Shown piece after piece: positions 1-13,150 of a stretch of 53,909 bases of DNA. Both the position numbers and the translations under genes were made by a program. The DNA is taken from the NCBI GenBank assembly GCA_036172245.1, contig JAYWIR010000161.1, positions 1-53,909 on the forward strand. The letters run 5' to 3'. The notes below the pieces were generated by a model. That model made no database searches. It was not told the DNA's origin and was given only the letters and a program-made list of their open reading frames with translations. Each line of letters begins with the position of its first letter. The first letter of the stretch is position 1. Origin of the DNA: Raillietiella orientalis. Lineage: Eukaryota.

Positions 1-435
1 CTGTTCCGGGCTGATTGAGACGTTTGCCACCGGTCCCTGGCGCTCAGCCTAAATTTTAGCATTTCAGTTGGCATCCGCATTCACTATTGTGATGGAACGC
101 CAGTTGTTCATGCTCATCAGATCTCCTCCCTGAGGGAGGAGCCGCACCTTTGCCGGGCGAAACGACTTGGGAACGTCGCCTGTTTCGCGTATGAGCAAGG
201 TGAGTTGTACCAGGGGGGTAAGCTCAGCTGCGAAAGTTTGATGAAACTCCGCGGACAGGCCGTCCTTCCCTGGAGCCTTGTGCCTCTCGAGCTTGCCGAT
301 GGCCAAGATAATCTCGCTTATCGCAAAAGGCTCGCCGAGGCACTTTTCGTCCTCCTCCTTGATCGCTTGAGAGCCTTCCGGAACCAGGAGTCGTGAGACA
401 TCCCGCTCAGGAGGCGTTTTTGCGTACTGGGAGGC
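1..435 (-). pseudogene. LINE ORF2 fragment (linker and RT N-terminus), runs off the window edge
   Basis: ORF 64..471: KAPGKDGLSAEF, LLPQGGDL..NNWRSITIVNADA. Confidence 0.9.
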
Positions 436-1440
436 GTGCGGACGTGTTTTTTCTGCGCTCCTGCCGCACAAGTTTGCGAAAGTTTTTCTTTATTCTGTTT
501 GTGATTAATGCATCGTCGGTGTCCCATGGCAGGAATGCCTTAGGACACCGCGATGTAGATTGAAAGGGGAGAGGCTTGTTCCTCTCCCTAGCCCACGCAG
601 GTGGAAGCAACCGCATCAAAGGAGGAGAGAGCAACCGCAACCTTGAAAAAGGGGGAAAGGCCCTCCTGGAAAAAGTTGCAACCGTTCCCCTGAAAAAGAG
701 AACAATTGCGTCATTGGATCCGTCTGCTGCGACCACAAAGACCTGGAGCGCAGTGGCTGCAGCGCCATCTCCTGGGCCATAGCAGAACAGCGCGCCTACC
801 TGGAACAAGGATACAAGCCGTCCTTGATTTACAAGGTAGGAAATCTGTTTGTAGGTAATACCGCCCGCAATTTCGAGAGGGAATTGCAGCGGCTAGATGT
901 TAAAGAGGAGAACCTGGAAGGTCTTTCAGTGCTCAGTGGGGGCCAGCGGGTGAAGCTTACTTGCAGAGATGCAAGCCTGGTTCAACGCCTGTTGAATATT
1001 CCCCTCATGCTGGAAGGCCGAAAGGTCTTTCCGGCAACCGAGGATCGCTCTGTAGTATCGCACCTCACAAGAGTAACCTTGCGAATGTCAAAAACCGGCG
1101 TGAGGCAAGAATTAAACAAATATGGTACGGTACACGCGGTCTGGACCAAGCCTAACGTCTTCCAAAGTTAAGGAAGATTGTTCAGTGGCATGGCAGCAGC
1201 GCGTGTGACTGTGCATGAAAATGGTATGTTATTTCACAAACTGGACGTCATCAACGAAAAGGTCGACGTCTGGTACTATGGAAACTGTGATGCAACAGGG
1301 AACCTGAAAAACAGTGCTCCTACATCCAGTGTTTCTACTGCGGGGAGAAGGGCCACCTCTGGAAAGTGTGCCCAAAGCATGAAGCTCCAGCGCCCTTTGC
1401 CTTAAAAAAAGGTAAGGGAAAACGCGTGGAGAAAACAAGC
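436..1440 (+). pseudogene. LINE 5' end and decayed ORF1 (RRM-like region, CCHC knuckles)
   Basis: 5' motif GGACGTGTTTTTTCTGCGCTCC at 440; TWSAVAAAP, IYKVGNLF, YGTVHAVWTK, CGEKGHLWKVC, all homologous to ORF1 at 7614..8759. Confidence 0.85.
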
Positions 1441-1680
1441 AAGCTTCCAGGGCTTTCTTCTGAGCTGTACCCTCTGCCAGCCTTCGCCGTCGCCAGCGTC
1501 GTCGGGAGTGCTCTCAACCGACGTTTGCTGGGATGACTTAGGGACTGGCTTCTGGCTCCTAACAGCCTGCTTCATGGTATTCGTCTCTCTTGCCCGTTTC
1601 CCCTTTGCCATTTTGGCAGCGGGAGGAACCGGGATTTCTTGTCTTGGGCACACCTTGCGGATATGGCCCTTGTTTCCACA
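1441..1680 (-). pseudogene. LINE ORF1 C-terminal fragment, tail-to-tail with the preceding ORF1
   Basis: CGNKGHIRKVCPR...EGWQRVQ, matching the knuckle and EGWQKV of ORF 19096..19578. Confidence 0.8.
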
Positions 1681-2437
1681 TAAGCATAATCAACAAGGAG
1701 GTGGGTGAGAATTTCTCGCTCCCCACACCTGATGCAGGCAGGATCTACTCGACCTATCGTCCAGTGGTGTCGGCGTGCGTTGCAGGGTAGACCCCAGTGC
1801 AACAGGAGCAACGCCGACTCTTGCCACTTAAGGGGCACGATTCTGGATTCCGTCATTACTGGGGGCCACTTCAGCTCATCCCTAGGGTTGGCGAGCAGCT
1901 CGACTCATCTCAAGATTCAACGCGGCTACACGCTTGGGGTCTTGGCGTCCGCCAGATAAACCATGGTCCAGGCGCTCATCTTCTTCTCTTGTCCCTCGAT
2001 GCAGCAGGAGACTTGCTACTTTGGCGTCCGGCTTCTCTGAAGCTCCCTCCTCAGGGAGGGCATCGCTGTTGCAAGGCAGGTTGTCTTGGCCCACGTGCTT
2101 GTAGCACGACTCTCCAAGAGATCCCGCAGCGTATAGGGGGCGTAGTGGCCGCATAGGAGACGATTCCACGTTTCGTGGCTTCTCCGGTTTACCACAGCCC
2201 AGGTTCCGATGTCCTCCTCCAACCAGGCGGAGGAGTTGGCAAGGCTGCAAACCATCCAGCGGTTCCCCATAGCCAAGGTTGCCATGCACCCGAGCAGTAG
2301 GCCGCATCTTCTGATCTTCCGGCCAAGGCACAGAAGAAAGGACACGAGTCCCTCGAACCGGGACACACGGCTGGCAAGGAAGCGGGGCGGAATGCATCAA
2401 GGGGTGCTCCCTAGCTTCGCTGCGATCACGACGGTGC
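1681..2437 (-). pseudogene. LINE ORF2 C-terminal fragment (CCHC region)
   Basis: PLKWQESALLLLHWGLPCNARR..DPACIRCGEREILTHLLVD. Confidence 0.85.
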
Positions 2438-4798
2438 GAAATCACAGCGAATTAGAATCCGTAATGAGCCCGCAGCAGAATTATACTGTTCCCGGGCGAA
2501 GTATGGATGCCAACCTCTTCTTGGCAAGCACTTGGGTGAACCTGCAGAGAACACAGAAGAGAGGGGAAGGAAAAATCGGAAACCCCACAATGGGGACGCC
2601 AGCTGGGCAGGGAAGGGAACCCCGGGTGGGGAAGGGAGCCCTTGCGATTGCAGTCGATCTCCATAAGGCGTTCGACTGTGTAGATCAGGAACTCCTCTTG
2701 TAGCTCCAGGGTCGCATGAGCTTCCCACACTCCTTGATCACCTACCCGCGCTCTTGCTGGCGGAACGCGATGATCTCGATCTCTTTCAGTGGTCAAAAGG
2801 TGTACGCCTTGCCGGTGCGGCGGGGTATAGGGCAGGGCGATAGCCTTAGTCCCCTGCTTTTTAGCACCTTCTTTGAGTTCGTGATGACAGCATACAGGGT
2901 GAATTTGGCCCCCTTGTCGAGCTCGTGCCCCGGCACGCCCGCCGTAGTAGCATGTGCCGACGATCTCCTGCTCTTGTTGCCAATGTGCACCCCGACAAAG
3001 GCGGTCGGAGAATTCTTCGATCTGCTCTGCCGCGGGGTCGGACTGTAGGTTAACAGGGCGAAGTCGTCGGTGATGCCAGGAGGTGCGGCGTGAGCAGGGC
3101 AGAAAGATTAGTTCCGTCTTTGGATCCCCACGGCAAGGTGCTACAAGTACATTGGAGTGCCATTGGGGAACTACTCCCCTGCGGAAGCGTGGTCCAACTG
3201 CCTTCAAAAACTCGAGACGGCGATCGGCCCGTTCCTGGAAGGCAAGTTCCATTTGCCGGAACGGGCTGCGGCTTAGAACGCCTTTGCGGCCTTCATCCTT
3301 CGCCCCTTGCTTTTCGTTTGCCACCCCACTGTTGAATCGAAAAAGACGACAAGGGACCTCCGCATCGCCCTTCGAGGCAAGGGAAGGTGCCGAGCCCCTT
3401 TGAGAGACTTATGCGCGCCGCGTCGGGACGGCGGTCTTAGCCTCCTGTCGCTGAAGCGCGTGGAGATATAGCTGCGATGGCAAACCGTCGACATCGCAGC
3501 GAATCTATGGAGCACCCTTTGGTGAATTGCGGCTCGCATCCTGGCCAGCCGTGTGTCCCTGTGCAATGGACTTGCGTCTTTTCTTCTTAGCATTTTTGCA
3601 TCTTTGAGCCTCGGCTAAGAAGAAAAGACGCAAGTCCAAGATGCAAAAATGGGGCCTACTGCTAGGTCGCATGGCAACCCTGGCCATAGAGAACAGCTGG
3701 ATGGTTTGCTGCCCCGTCAACTCCCCCGCCTGGTTGGAGGAGAACATTGGAACCTGGGTAGTCGTAAACCAGCAGAGCCACGAGACGTGGAATCGTCTCC
3801 GATGCAGCCCCTAAACCCGCTGCACGCTGCGGAATCTCCTGGAGAGTCCAGCAAGATACAAGGGGGCAGAGACGACCTGCCTAGCTACGGCGCTGCCCTT
3901 TCTGAGGAGGGCACTTCACAGCAGCCGGACGCCAAGGTGGCAAGTCTCCTGCTGCATCGAGGGACGCGAGAAGTTGATCAGCGGCTGGACAACAGGAGAA
4001 CTGGCAGACGCCACGACAACGAGCATCCAGCAGCGAGGATTATTAAGATGGGGCGAGCTGCTCTCCATCATAACGGATGTGCTGAAGTGGACCCCGATAA
4101 TCAAGGACTCCAAGATCCTGCCCCTTAAGTGGCAAGAGTCGGCGTTTCTACTGCTGCACTGGGGTCTACCCTGCAACGCGCGCCGCTTCCATTGGACGAG
4201 GGGAGCTGTGGATCCTGCGTGTTCCAGGTGCAGAGGGCGGAAATCTCTCCCTCTCCTTATTATGGTTTGTGCTGCCCTCCGACTTCTCTAGGAACGGTTC
4301 GGTACGACCCTCGGTTTTCCTACGGGCAGTGCACCCAGAGACGTTTTCCGCCTCCTGTTCGTGCGGGATGCCTTGCAGCCAGCAGCGCTCCATGCAGCCC
4401 TGTGTAGCGTCCGATGTATCGTGGCAGCTTGGAGCGATGCCAGCAGCGAAGATAAAGATTGGAACGAGAAGGAGGTAATCCAGCATGCAGTACGCTTTTT
4501 GCAGAGAGGTGCCCGATGGCTTCATCTGAGAAGTATGCGGACAGACCTCGATAGCTTCCTTCGATGGATGGGCCTTTCTCATAGCGTTTAGTGATTTCTT
4601 CCCTGCCCTCCAAACTTTTTTGGTTTGTTTATTTCTTGTTTTTTTTTGGCTTTTTCCCATCCCGTTTCACTGTCGGAAAGTGCCACGCCGGGCGGCGACC
4701 CAGTGTCACATAAAGTCCCGTGTCTAAGGCCGCTGTGGGGCCTTATGCCACGTATGTTCAGTTTTTTAATAAACGCCCCTGGCGTTCCCCGTTGGCAA
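2438..4798 (+). mobile_element. 5'-truncated LINE (RT to 3' terminus)
   Basis: PGRSMDAN, VDLHKAFDCVDQ, RRGIGQGDSLSPLLF, ACADD, CSRC, T-rich 3' UTR, AATAAA and terminal motif at 4768-4798. Confidence 0.9.
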
Positions 4799-5220
4799 CG
4801 CCAAATCCGGGAGGCAGGTGATCCAGGGGGAACTGCTCGCAGAAGTCTCGGACCGAGTCCTTGAATTTGTCCTAGTCCTGGAGAGTCTGAAGTGTCACGC
4901 CTCTCAGAAATTTGCGAAGATGTTCCTTCGCACCTTAGAGTCGCGTCCAGTCTACCGGCAGAAGCCACGCCCTGGATGAAGAGCGCTTGTCGCGAGGCCG
5001 CATCTCGAAAAAAATCCGGGAATGGTCCGACAGCATCGACGCGATCTACCCCGTTTGCCGACCAGTGAACACAGGTCAGCGTCGACGAAGGCGTGGTCGA
5101 TGCTGCGGTCCATTCCCCTCTGACCCGCGAACAAGTTGCGTGTACGCATGGCGGCGCACAACTCTTTGATCGCGTTCTATTTTGTTTCAGGCTCACCTGT
5201 TAGCAGGCGGAGCTTGAAAT
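4799..5220 (-). pseudogene. LINE APE endonuclease C-terminal half
   Basis: Reads NFKLRLLTGE..LCAAMRTRNLFAGQRGMDRSIDHAFVD; homologous to 15530-15933 and 32210-32640. Confidence 0.8.
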
Positions 5221-5250
5221 TTGTCACCCGGTGACTCCGGGGCGTTTATT
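5221..5250 (-). terminator. LINE 3' terminus: AATAAA followed by a CCCGG-N5-CCGGG hairpin (representative of 8 copies)
   Basis: Sense sequence AATAAACGCCCCGGAGTCACCGGGTGACAA; related copies start at 4768(+), 8609(-), 11788(-), 15934(-), 19538(-), 24139(+) and 36228(-). Confidence 0.8.
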
Positions 5251-7402
5251 TATAACAATAAACTAATAAGGGACAATGTCCCCAACAGAACGACAGGGAA
5301 CAGAGAGAAATCACCGGCACGTAGGCCTGGTAAACAAACCGCTCGCAACGTGGGAGGAATAGGGGGATGACAAACAAAAATACAAAAACTGGAGGGAAGG
5401 GTAACGAGTTTTCGGTTAGGCTCCGTACTCACGGCGATTCAAGCGGGGAGCACCTGAAATGTTCCGGCGCCTATGGAAACGCGGGCGTAAAAGAAAATAC
5501 AAAATTAGTTCATGGAGGGAAGGCTAATGATCACCGGGTTGGCCGCTGCTGAGCGTGTGTAAACCGGCGGTGTATTTCGGCAAGATTCCTTTTTGACTCC
5601 TCTGTCAAATGAGGCCATCTAGCGGCTGCTTCCACTCAGAAGGATGCTTTGCCGATTACTTCTTCGTGCTGCCCGTAGATTACTAACGCCTGGTGGACTG
5701 AAACTATCGCGCGTATGCAGTCGATGGTTGCAATCCTTGCGCATAGGAACAGCCCACTCGGCATGAAGTATCGTCGCAGCAAGTCTCTTGCGGTGTCCAC
5801 GGGATGCATTAGTGCTGTTGCCAGCCTACGCCACGGTCCTTGTAGAACATCGCAGTCCAGAAGTAGGTGCAGGATCGACTCCGTAGACACGCACCGAACG
5901 CAGTTCGCATTTGCAAGTCCCCTGAAGTCTCGATGCCAACGCTCGTTGCATTGAAAACCCAAGTGAACGAAAAGAAGCACAACTTGTTTCCAAGCAAGAA
6001 GTAGCAGCGAACTGTCAACAAACTGTGGAGGAACTACAAGTTCTTCAAAGATGACAGCAAGTTCTTCTGCCCACCGGAGGAGTCCCTTTGAAGTAGAACG
6101 AGGAGTGGCGGCGTCCGATAAATCACTCGTCTTCCAGGCGCCAAGGAGTTTTGTTTTCCCCGCTATCGTGCAGGAAAAATCCCACCTCGCCGGTTGGCAA
6201 CTGTCGTTTCCAGCCCTGAGGGCAGACAGTCCTGCGGCGAGAGGCGAGGCATCCAGGGTAGAAAACTTCACCTCGTCCTGCAGTACTTCTTTGAAAGATG
6301 GGGAGAAAAGATGGCGCAGGGTGTCAAGATCTCCAGGGCGCATTCCTTTGAACGCTGCCCAGTACTCAACAGACTCCTGCCGGAAAGCTTTGAAGTCCAT
6401 TGGGCGACAGGGAATCACGAATGCGCTTCCAGAAGTGCAGTCAACTACTGCAATGGAAATCCAAAACCTCGCTTGCAGTATTGGGTGCCCGGCAAAAGCG
6501 ACAGCAGTCCTCCGTTATCGGCGCATCTTTGCAGGAGAATAAGTTCAGGCAGACACGGGGGGATCTCCACAGCCGAGCACACAGTGCCAGCAGTCGGAAG
6601 TGCACCTGCAGTCCGATTCGGTGTATTGACAGGATACCCAAATCAGCATCCCGACGTGGAAGAGCCAAGTCTTTAAGGCGGATCCTGGATCTCGTCGGAA
6701 CACAGAGAGCGTTCCTAAGCACATGTTTAGCACGCTGTTCTGCAGCATAATGGGGGTCCGAAACCAAAAAAAGGCGGCAGAGGAGGGGGGACACAAAGGT
6801 GTTCCGAATAGTCGCCCGTTCCTTCAAGGTAAACTTGTTGTTAATAAACGATCTGAGGGGAAACTCGGCTTTCCGAAGGCAGTCCGACCACGCTTTGGCT
6901 GCGCCGACAGCGCACAACGGATAGTTAAGGTACTTAAAGTACCCGACCGTGGGGATCCCCAGGCGGATCAAGTATGACTGCCCCTCCCACGACGCACCAA
7001 ACGGAACGACCACGCTCTTCTCTCTGTTCACGCTCAGGCCCACACCCCGATGGATCAGTTCGAAAAAATCTTCGACACTGGACTCCGGGGTGGACATGGG
7101 GAGCAGAAGAAGCAGGTCGTCTGCATAGGCAGCCACGGAAGGCGTACCCGGGCAGAAGTTTGGCAAGTGAGACAGCGTCAGCCTGTACGTTCTCAGCACC
7201 AACACGTGAGAAGATACTGAAGAGCAACGGGCTTAAGATGTCATCCTGTCTGATGCCCCTGCGCACGTAAATACCGTACACGTGGCAGCCGCTAAAAGAA
7301 ATGCATGTAAGCGCGTGGCGCCAGCAAGCGCGCAAGTACTTCAGGAGATGCGCCGAAGTACCCAGACGTTCAAGAAGCTTAAGAAGAGCCCCTGGTTCAC
7401 GC
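5221..7402 (-). mobile_element. 5'-truncated LINE (RT core to 3' terminus)
   Basis: ORFs 6934..7335, 6441..7205 (AYADD, FKYL) and 5636..6418 (CVRC..HLLLDC); terminal motif at 5221-5250. Confidence 0.9.
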
Positions 7403-8608
7403 AGTCGACCGCCTTGTGCGCTCTAGGGCGGACGTGTTTTCTCGGTGCTCCTTGTGCCAGGAAGTCTCCCCCAGTGCAAGCGTCGTGTGGTTCGGTGGTC
7501 GATCATGCAGCGATGCCTAACGCGACCACCAGGGATGGCCAGGGGGCAGCGGCAACGCCGCCCCTAGAGGCGATGGAGAGCCAGGGGGGGCGGCAACGTC
7601 GCCCCCAGAGGCGATGGAGGTGGGGGCATCCGCCCCCTCAGAATCGGTCCCCGGTGCAGCGCGGGCGTGGAGCGCCGTTGTGTCGGCGCCATCGCCTGCA
7701 GCCGCGGCGGAATTGTCGGCCTATGTAGAGGAGGGGTACAACCCCTCATTGTTCTACAAGGTTGGCAACCTTTATTCTTTAGAGAGCGCGAGCGCCTTTT
7801 CGAAGGGCATGCTCGCTCTCGATGTGAAAGAAGAGGAGCTCAGCGCTATGACCATCCGCAGCGGGGGTCAGTACGTTGTGGTCATCTGCAAACAAGCAGA
7901 GCTAGCCCAACGACTGCTTAAAACCCCCGTTGTGATGGGCACGTGCAGGCTTCTCACCACTATGGCGGACCGCAGCATGGTGGTCCACCTGTTAGGCGTA
8001 ACCGCGCGGATGCGCAAAGAACAGGTTCGCGCCGCTCTGGTACAATTTGGAACGGTCCACGCGCAGTGGACGAAAGTTAGTCCTTTCGAGGACTACACGG
8101 ATCTGCAACACGGCGTCACGGCTGCGCGCGTTCGGGAGGGCTGCACTCTTTTCCACAAACTGGTGGTCGAAGGCGAAACCGTCGACCTCTGGTATGTGGG
8201 GAAGCCGAAATACTGTGGCTTCTGCAATACGTCCGGAAACCTCAAAAAGAGGTGTTCCAATGTGCAGTTCCAAGTATGCAGAACCATGGGACACACGAGG
8301 GAGGTGTGCTCTAAAGCAGCAGTGCGGGTGGTTTCCAAGAGAAACCTTAAAAAACGCGCCCGGCTTCTGCAGAAAAGGCTGGCGGCGAAAGCTGCCGCGA
8401 AGGCTGTGCCACCCGCGCCCAAGGCCCAGGCCGCACCCGTGACTTCGGCGAACCACGCCGAACAAGTCGAGGGAACTAGCCAGGAGCCTAGGTGGGAGGT
8501 GGCTACGGCCAAAAAATCAAAGAAGGAGAGGAGGATGGAGAAAAAGCTCGCGTACCGCAAGAACAAACAGCAGGCAAGCGAGCAAATTAAAGAATGCAGC
8601 GTTGTCGT
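7403..8608 (+). pseudogene. LINE 5' end and largely open ORF1 (RRM-like region, two degenerate CCHC knuckles, Lys-rich tail), 3'-interrupted
   Basis: ORF 7614..8759: CGFCNTSGNLKKRC, VCRTMGHTREVC; 5' motif at 7430; the last ~50 codons read into the neighbouring element's 3' UTR. Confidence 0.9.
7430..7451 (+). promoter_or_regulatory. Conserved LINE 5' motif RGACGTGYTTT-N6-GCTCC, a putative internal promoter (representative of 6 copies)
   Basis: Same 22-nt spacing at 440, 7430, 11064, 18076, 18442 and 24217, always upstream of an ORF1. Confidence 0.65.
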
Positions 8609-11046
8609 TTATTACATGGTTGCGCCGGGACGTTTATTATATTATCAACTGGGAACTGTGTTCCCAGGCAAGGGGAACAGAAAATGGGGAGTAGATTTCC
8701 CGGAACGCAGTCCGGGCACACTGAGAGTTCGGAACGGGAGAGAAGGGCACAATAAATAAATAAATTGGGAGGGAGGGCGGGGACAGGGGTATACAGCCTA
8801 ACCGTTCCTATCCCCAGAACCGGCGGTGAATGCCGCCGATCTACGTCCTCACTTCTGCTCCAAGATGTGGCCACCAGGCAGCCATCTGCAGGTTGCAGGC
8901 TGCGGTGTCGGGGACCGATGTTGGGACTGCTCGCATCTGCAATACGTGGAGGGCGCTTACAATGGAGCGGACACAGCAGATAATTGCGACAACCGCTTCA
9001 AGAGAAAGTCCGCCACGCGTGTAGAAGCGGCGCATCCAATCCAGTGCGGTGTGTAATGGGTGCAGGAGCGCTGAAGACAGGCGCTGCGAGAGCTCCTGGA
9101 GGGAACTGCACTCAAACAGCGAATGCGGAAGCGATTCCACCGCTCCGCATTTGGCACACTTCGGGGACGCAACTCCCCTGAAATTCGGGTGCGCCTGCTG
9201 GTTGCAGTACAGATTCCAATGCACCAACAGAAAAGCGTCCTGCTTCCACCGAGGGGGAAGAGAGTTGCTTCCCAACACGCAGAAGGGACCACAAGTTCAT
9301 CGGTGGGCACCCCGATGAGCTCACTCCACCGGAGAAGCCCCTTTGCACGAAGGCGAGCTGTGGCAGCGTCTGCAACTTCGCAAGTCTGCCAGCCGCCCAG
9401 CAGTCGGGTTTCGCCTGCGATTTCGCAAGTGATCTCCCAGCTCGCCGGCAGGTCACTGTCATCTCGCACCATCAGTGCACACAGTGCTTCGGCGAGTGGC
9501 GTAGCGGCTAGGCGTGTCCACTGGTCCTGGTCTTCCAGCATTTTTCCCACTGGACAGTATGGGGAAAGTTTCACGCAACGGAGTTCCAAACGGGACACAT
9601 CCTGTTGCGCTGCCCAGCACGATAAGGCTTCCTGCCTTAGGCGTTGAAGTTCGTCGGCCGGCAGGAGATCCACTCGTGCTTTCCCAGAAGCGTGGCGAGC
9701 TGCTTGAAAGGGAAGCCGAATCGTCTATGGGCGCGCTCCGTGCGGAGATGCAACGAACGTAGTCCGTCGCCACCCGTGCAGCGCCGCAGCAGCAGCCGCG
9801 CTGGAGCACACCATGGCGTAGTCAAGAGCTGCGCACAAATTGCCAGCATGCCGAACTGCACTAGCAGTCCGATCCGCTCCAGCGTCAGGATACCCAATCC
9901 TGCATCCCGCCGAGGAGCCGCCAAGTCCTTCAGGCGTATCCTGGACCTCGGAGGTCCCCACAAGGCGTTACGCAACAAGCGTTGCGCCCGGCGCTTAGCC
10001 AAGTAAGGAGGGGGACAAACAAAAAAAAGGAAACAGAGGAGGGGGGCATCGAAAATGTTCCTCACGAAAGCCCGTTCCGACAGGAGAAACCTGCAGCCTT
10101 GGAACGAACCCAGAGCAGCCTCAGCCTTGTGAATGCAGTCCGAACACGCTTCTGCTAGACAGAAGGAGCCCAAGGAAACGCCGAGGTACTTCAAGCACCT
10201 GCCCGTGGGGATCCCCAGGCGGATCCAGTCGGACTGCCCCTCCTACGTAGAGCCAACCGGTACAACGGTTGATTTCGTCATGTTGACGCTCAGGCCCGCT
10301 CCTCGACGAATGAGCTCGAAGAAGTCCTCGAGTCTGGACGCCGGGGTGGACATGGGCAGCAGCAGGAGAAGGTCGTCAGCATAGGCGGCCACGGCCGGTG
10401 TTCCCGGGGAGGAGCTCGGCAGGTTGGCCAGCGTCAGCCTGTACGCAATCAGCACCAACTCAAAGAAGATGCTGAAGAGCAGGGGGCTTAAGCTGTCTCC
10501 CGGCCTGATACCCCGCCGTATGGGTATGCCGTACACGTGGCACCCGCTGAAATTGATATAGCATAACGCGTGGCGCCAGCAGGAGCACAAGTAGGCGATG
10601 AGGTGCGTCGGGAGGCCTAGGCGTCCCAGAAGCTCCATAAGGAGGTCCTGGTTTACGCTGTCGAACGCTTTGCAGAGATCGACGGAGACCGCTAAGGCTC
10701 CCGGCGTTCCATCGTGACTTGAACACCGCCGCTTACCTTTGGCAGCGGCAATTTCGGCTACCTGGCTCTGCTGCGCCACGCGCAGCTGCAACTCGAACCA
10801 TGTTTGCGCGAAGAAGAGAATCGCGTCAATGGACCGCCCCGGAACAGCATACGTTTGCTCCGAACTTACCAAGGACTCCGCGATTCTCCGCAGGCGCGCG
10901 ACCCATAGCTTGGAGAACAACTTCACGTCCGAACTCATCATGGTGATCCGACGCCAGTTGCTGAGGTGGCGCAAATCACCGCCTTTCGGCAGGTTCTGCA
11001 CCTTTGCTGAGCGGAAAGAAGCGGAAACATCTCCCGTCTCACGCAT
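8609..11046 (-). mobile_element. 5'-truncated LINE (complete RT to 3' terminus)
   Basis: ORFs 10243..11427 (RT part: DLCKAFDSV, AYADD), 9637..10194, 8957..9673 and 8841..9278 (CAKC..HSLFEC); terminal motif at 8609-8638. Confidence 0.9.
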
Positions 11047-11787
11047 CCGCGACGGTCGCGTACGGACAAGCTTTTGCGTCGCTCCGAGGTAGATTGGCTC
11101 TTGTGTATTTTTGTTCTGCTGTGCTTCTGTGCTGCAATGGGAGCAAAGAAGAACATCAGCCGCAAGAAGGGAACGCCACCTGCTCCTGAGATGGCTGCTT
11201 CGGCTGCTAGCTGGGAGCCTCTGTCCTTGCCGACGGCGAGGACATTCGCCCAGGTCGCTGCCCTCGCGGCTACGATGGGACCTTCGCCCGACATCTCTGA
11301 GCTTCAGACGTATGTAGCAAATGGCTACACGCCTGCACTCTGATATAAGGTGAGCGTCCTTATGCCTGAGCAGCTTGGGCGCGAGTTTGGCCAGGAAGTT
11401 CAAAAGATTGGAGTTCAAAAAGGCCAACTAAGGTCCATCATGCCCATGAGTGGGTGCGGCTACTGAGAGGTGTCAAGTAAGGACGCTTTCCTTACGCAGC
11501 GTTTGCGGCACACGCCTCTGCTCATTCGTAGGCAGGAAATACTCCCTGTCACAACGGACAAGTCGTTCGTTGTCCGGCTCAGTGGAGTGTGTGAGGGCAT
11601 TTCCGACCGCCAGGTCTTAGAGGCCCTTGAAAAATTCGCAATTGTCCACGTGCTATGGAGGCTGCCAAACCCTGCTGAAGGGTTCGAAGACCACCACAGC
11701 GGGCCCGCGTAAGTGCGAGTGACCATGACGGGTCGCCGTGCTATGCCCACGCTACTGCAGGCGGATAGATTGACGGTCGGCCTGTGG
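11047..11787 (+). pseudogene. LINE 5' end and ORF1 N-terminal part (divergent subfamily)
   Basis: 5' motif GGACAAGCTTTTGCGTCGCTCC at 11064; RTFAQVAA..YVANGYTPAL, FVVRLSGV..ALEKFAIVH. Confidence 0.8.
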
Positions 11788-13150
11788 TTTGCCACCCGGA
11801 TATGCGGGGCATTTGTTATTCTAATTTTTTACAAAAGATAGATAATAAAGTCTTTAAAAAGATGTTTTTTGTGGAAAAACGCTGGGTTCTCCTACCTTGC
11901 TCGACATGTCAGTTGCCGGTGCATAGACCGGTTAGGTCCATTACTGAGGCGCATGGGAAGGGAAAACTAGAGCAAAAACAAACATTAAGAGAGATAACGG
12001 GGAGGGAAATAGTAATATGGGGAGAAGGGGGGGCAGGGAAGGGATTACTGGGCGCCTGGGCCGGTCCTCCGCATCCTGTTGAGGATGCAGACAAGTTCGG
12101 TTTTTATTGTGAAAGGTAGACGCCACCTTGTCGCCGTCCCTAAAGAGATCGTCGTTCAGTGGATAACGTCCCTGCATCTTGGGCCTCTTCTTCTGGCGTG
12201 CCACCTTTGCGCTATCCCGCGCACGCAGCAGAGGACTGCTTGAGACGCAGCGGAGCGCAGACCGTCACGCAGAAAGAGGCGACGATAAATGTCCTTATGG
12301 TCGCCTACTGGAAGATGAAGGATTGGGGCGATTCGAATCCAGAGTCCATTCAGGGCGACACACTCGAGGGTGAGATGCGGGAAGGTTTCTCTTTCTCCGC
12401 ACTCGACACAGCGGGCATCCACATTCCCCAGTGTCCATTGAGACAGGCGTGCTCTGCTTGACAGTCCTCAGTGCAGAAATAGCAACGCCGTCTCCTGCCA
12501 ATTCAACGGAAGTGTGCCGCAATCCCAACACGCTAGGGGCCACTTCACCTCCTCCGGAGGTATCGCGAGCAGCACTTCCCAGCGCGCAAGTCCGTGAGGT
12601 GGGACGCTCGGGGTGGCAGCGTCCGTGAGCTCCCGAGTCGTCCACGCCTTTAAAGGTTTTTTCCTGCCTCGGATGAGGCAGGACACTTCCCACGATGCCC
12701 GCTCGTTGCTGCTCCTAGTGTTTTTTAGGGAGGACAGAACGGGGGCAAGGGGGCTGAAAGGAGCCCACAGAAACTTCCGGGGCGTGTTGATAATATCCTG
12801 CAGCGGCTGTCGAGCGTACGGTCTTCGTCGTAGGCAGTTGTATTCCGCCTCGCTCGTTCCGTAGATCTTAGCCCACGCGGAAGCTGACTGCTGAAGCCAG
12901 GCAGTACAGTGCGCGGGGAGGCAGGAGATCCAGGTATTCTCCCTCATCAGGGCGACCATCTGGCGCAAATCGGGGCCACAGTTGGAGAGGCTGCGCTGGT
13001 AGGTCACGAGGATCGAGGACAATCTTTCGCAGCCTGTTGTTCCTCTGGCGAGAAGCCGTGCCGGATCGCACCATGGCCTCATCCATAAGCTAGCCGCAAG
13101 GGCTAACTTTCGAATTGTTGTTTGACGTTGGATGCGCAAATGAGGTTGGA
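11788..13150 (-). mobile_element. LINE ORF2 C-terminus and 3' UTR (divergent subfamily)
   Basis: ORFs 12468..13286 and 12156..12422 (CVECGERETFPHLTLEC); terminal motif at 11788-11820. Confidence 0.85.

Noticed and set aside
2452..3324. Long ORFs antisense to LINE ORFs (also 14227..14841, 16549..17247, 30931..31851)
   Set aside because: These are shadow ORFs expected in GC-rich coding DNA and carry no independent motifs.
7403..7520. HDV-like or twister ribozyme at LINE 5' ends or at 25436-25495
   Set aside because: I could not assemble the required pseudoknot or conserved cores by eye; only simple hairpins are present.
10243..11427. 394-aa ORF that looks like an RT with a novel N-terminal domain
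   Set aside because: It is chimeric: the first ~125 codons are the antisense of a neighbouring ORF1/5' UTR. ORFs 17593..18288, 12468..13286, 21076..21879 and the tail of 48889..49845 also cross junctions.
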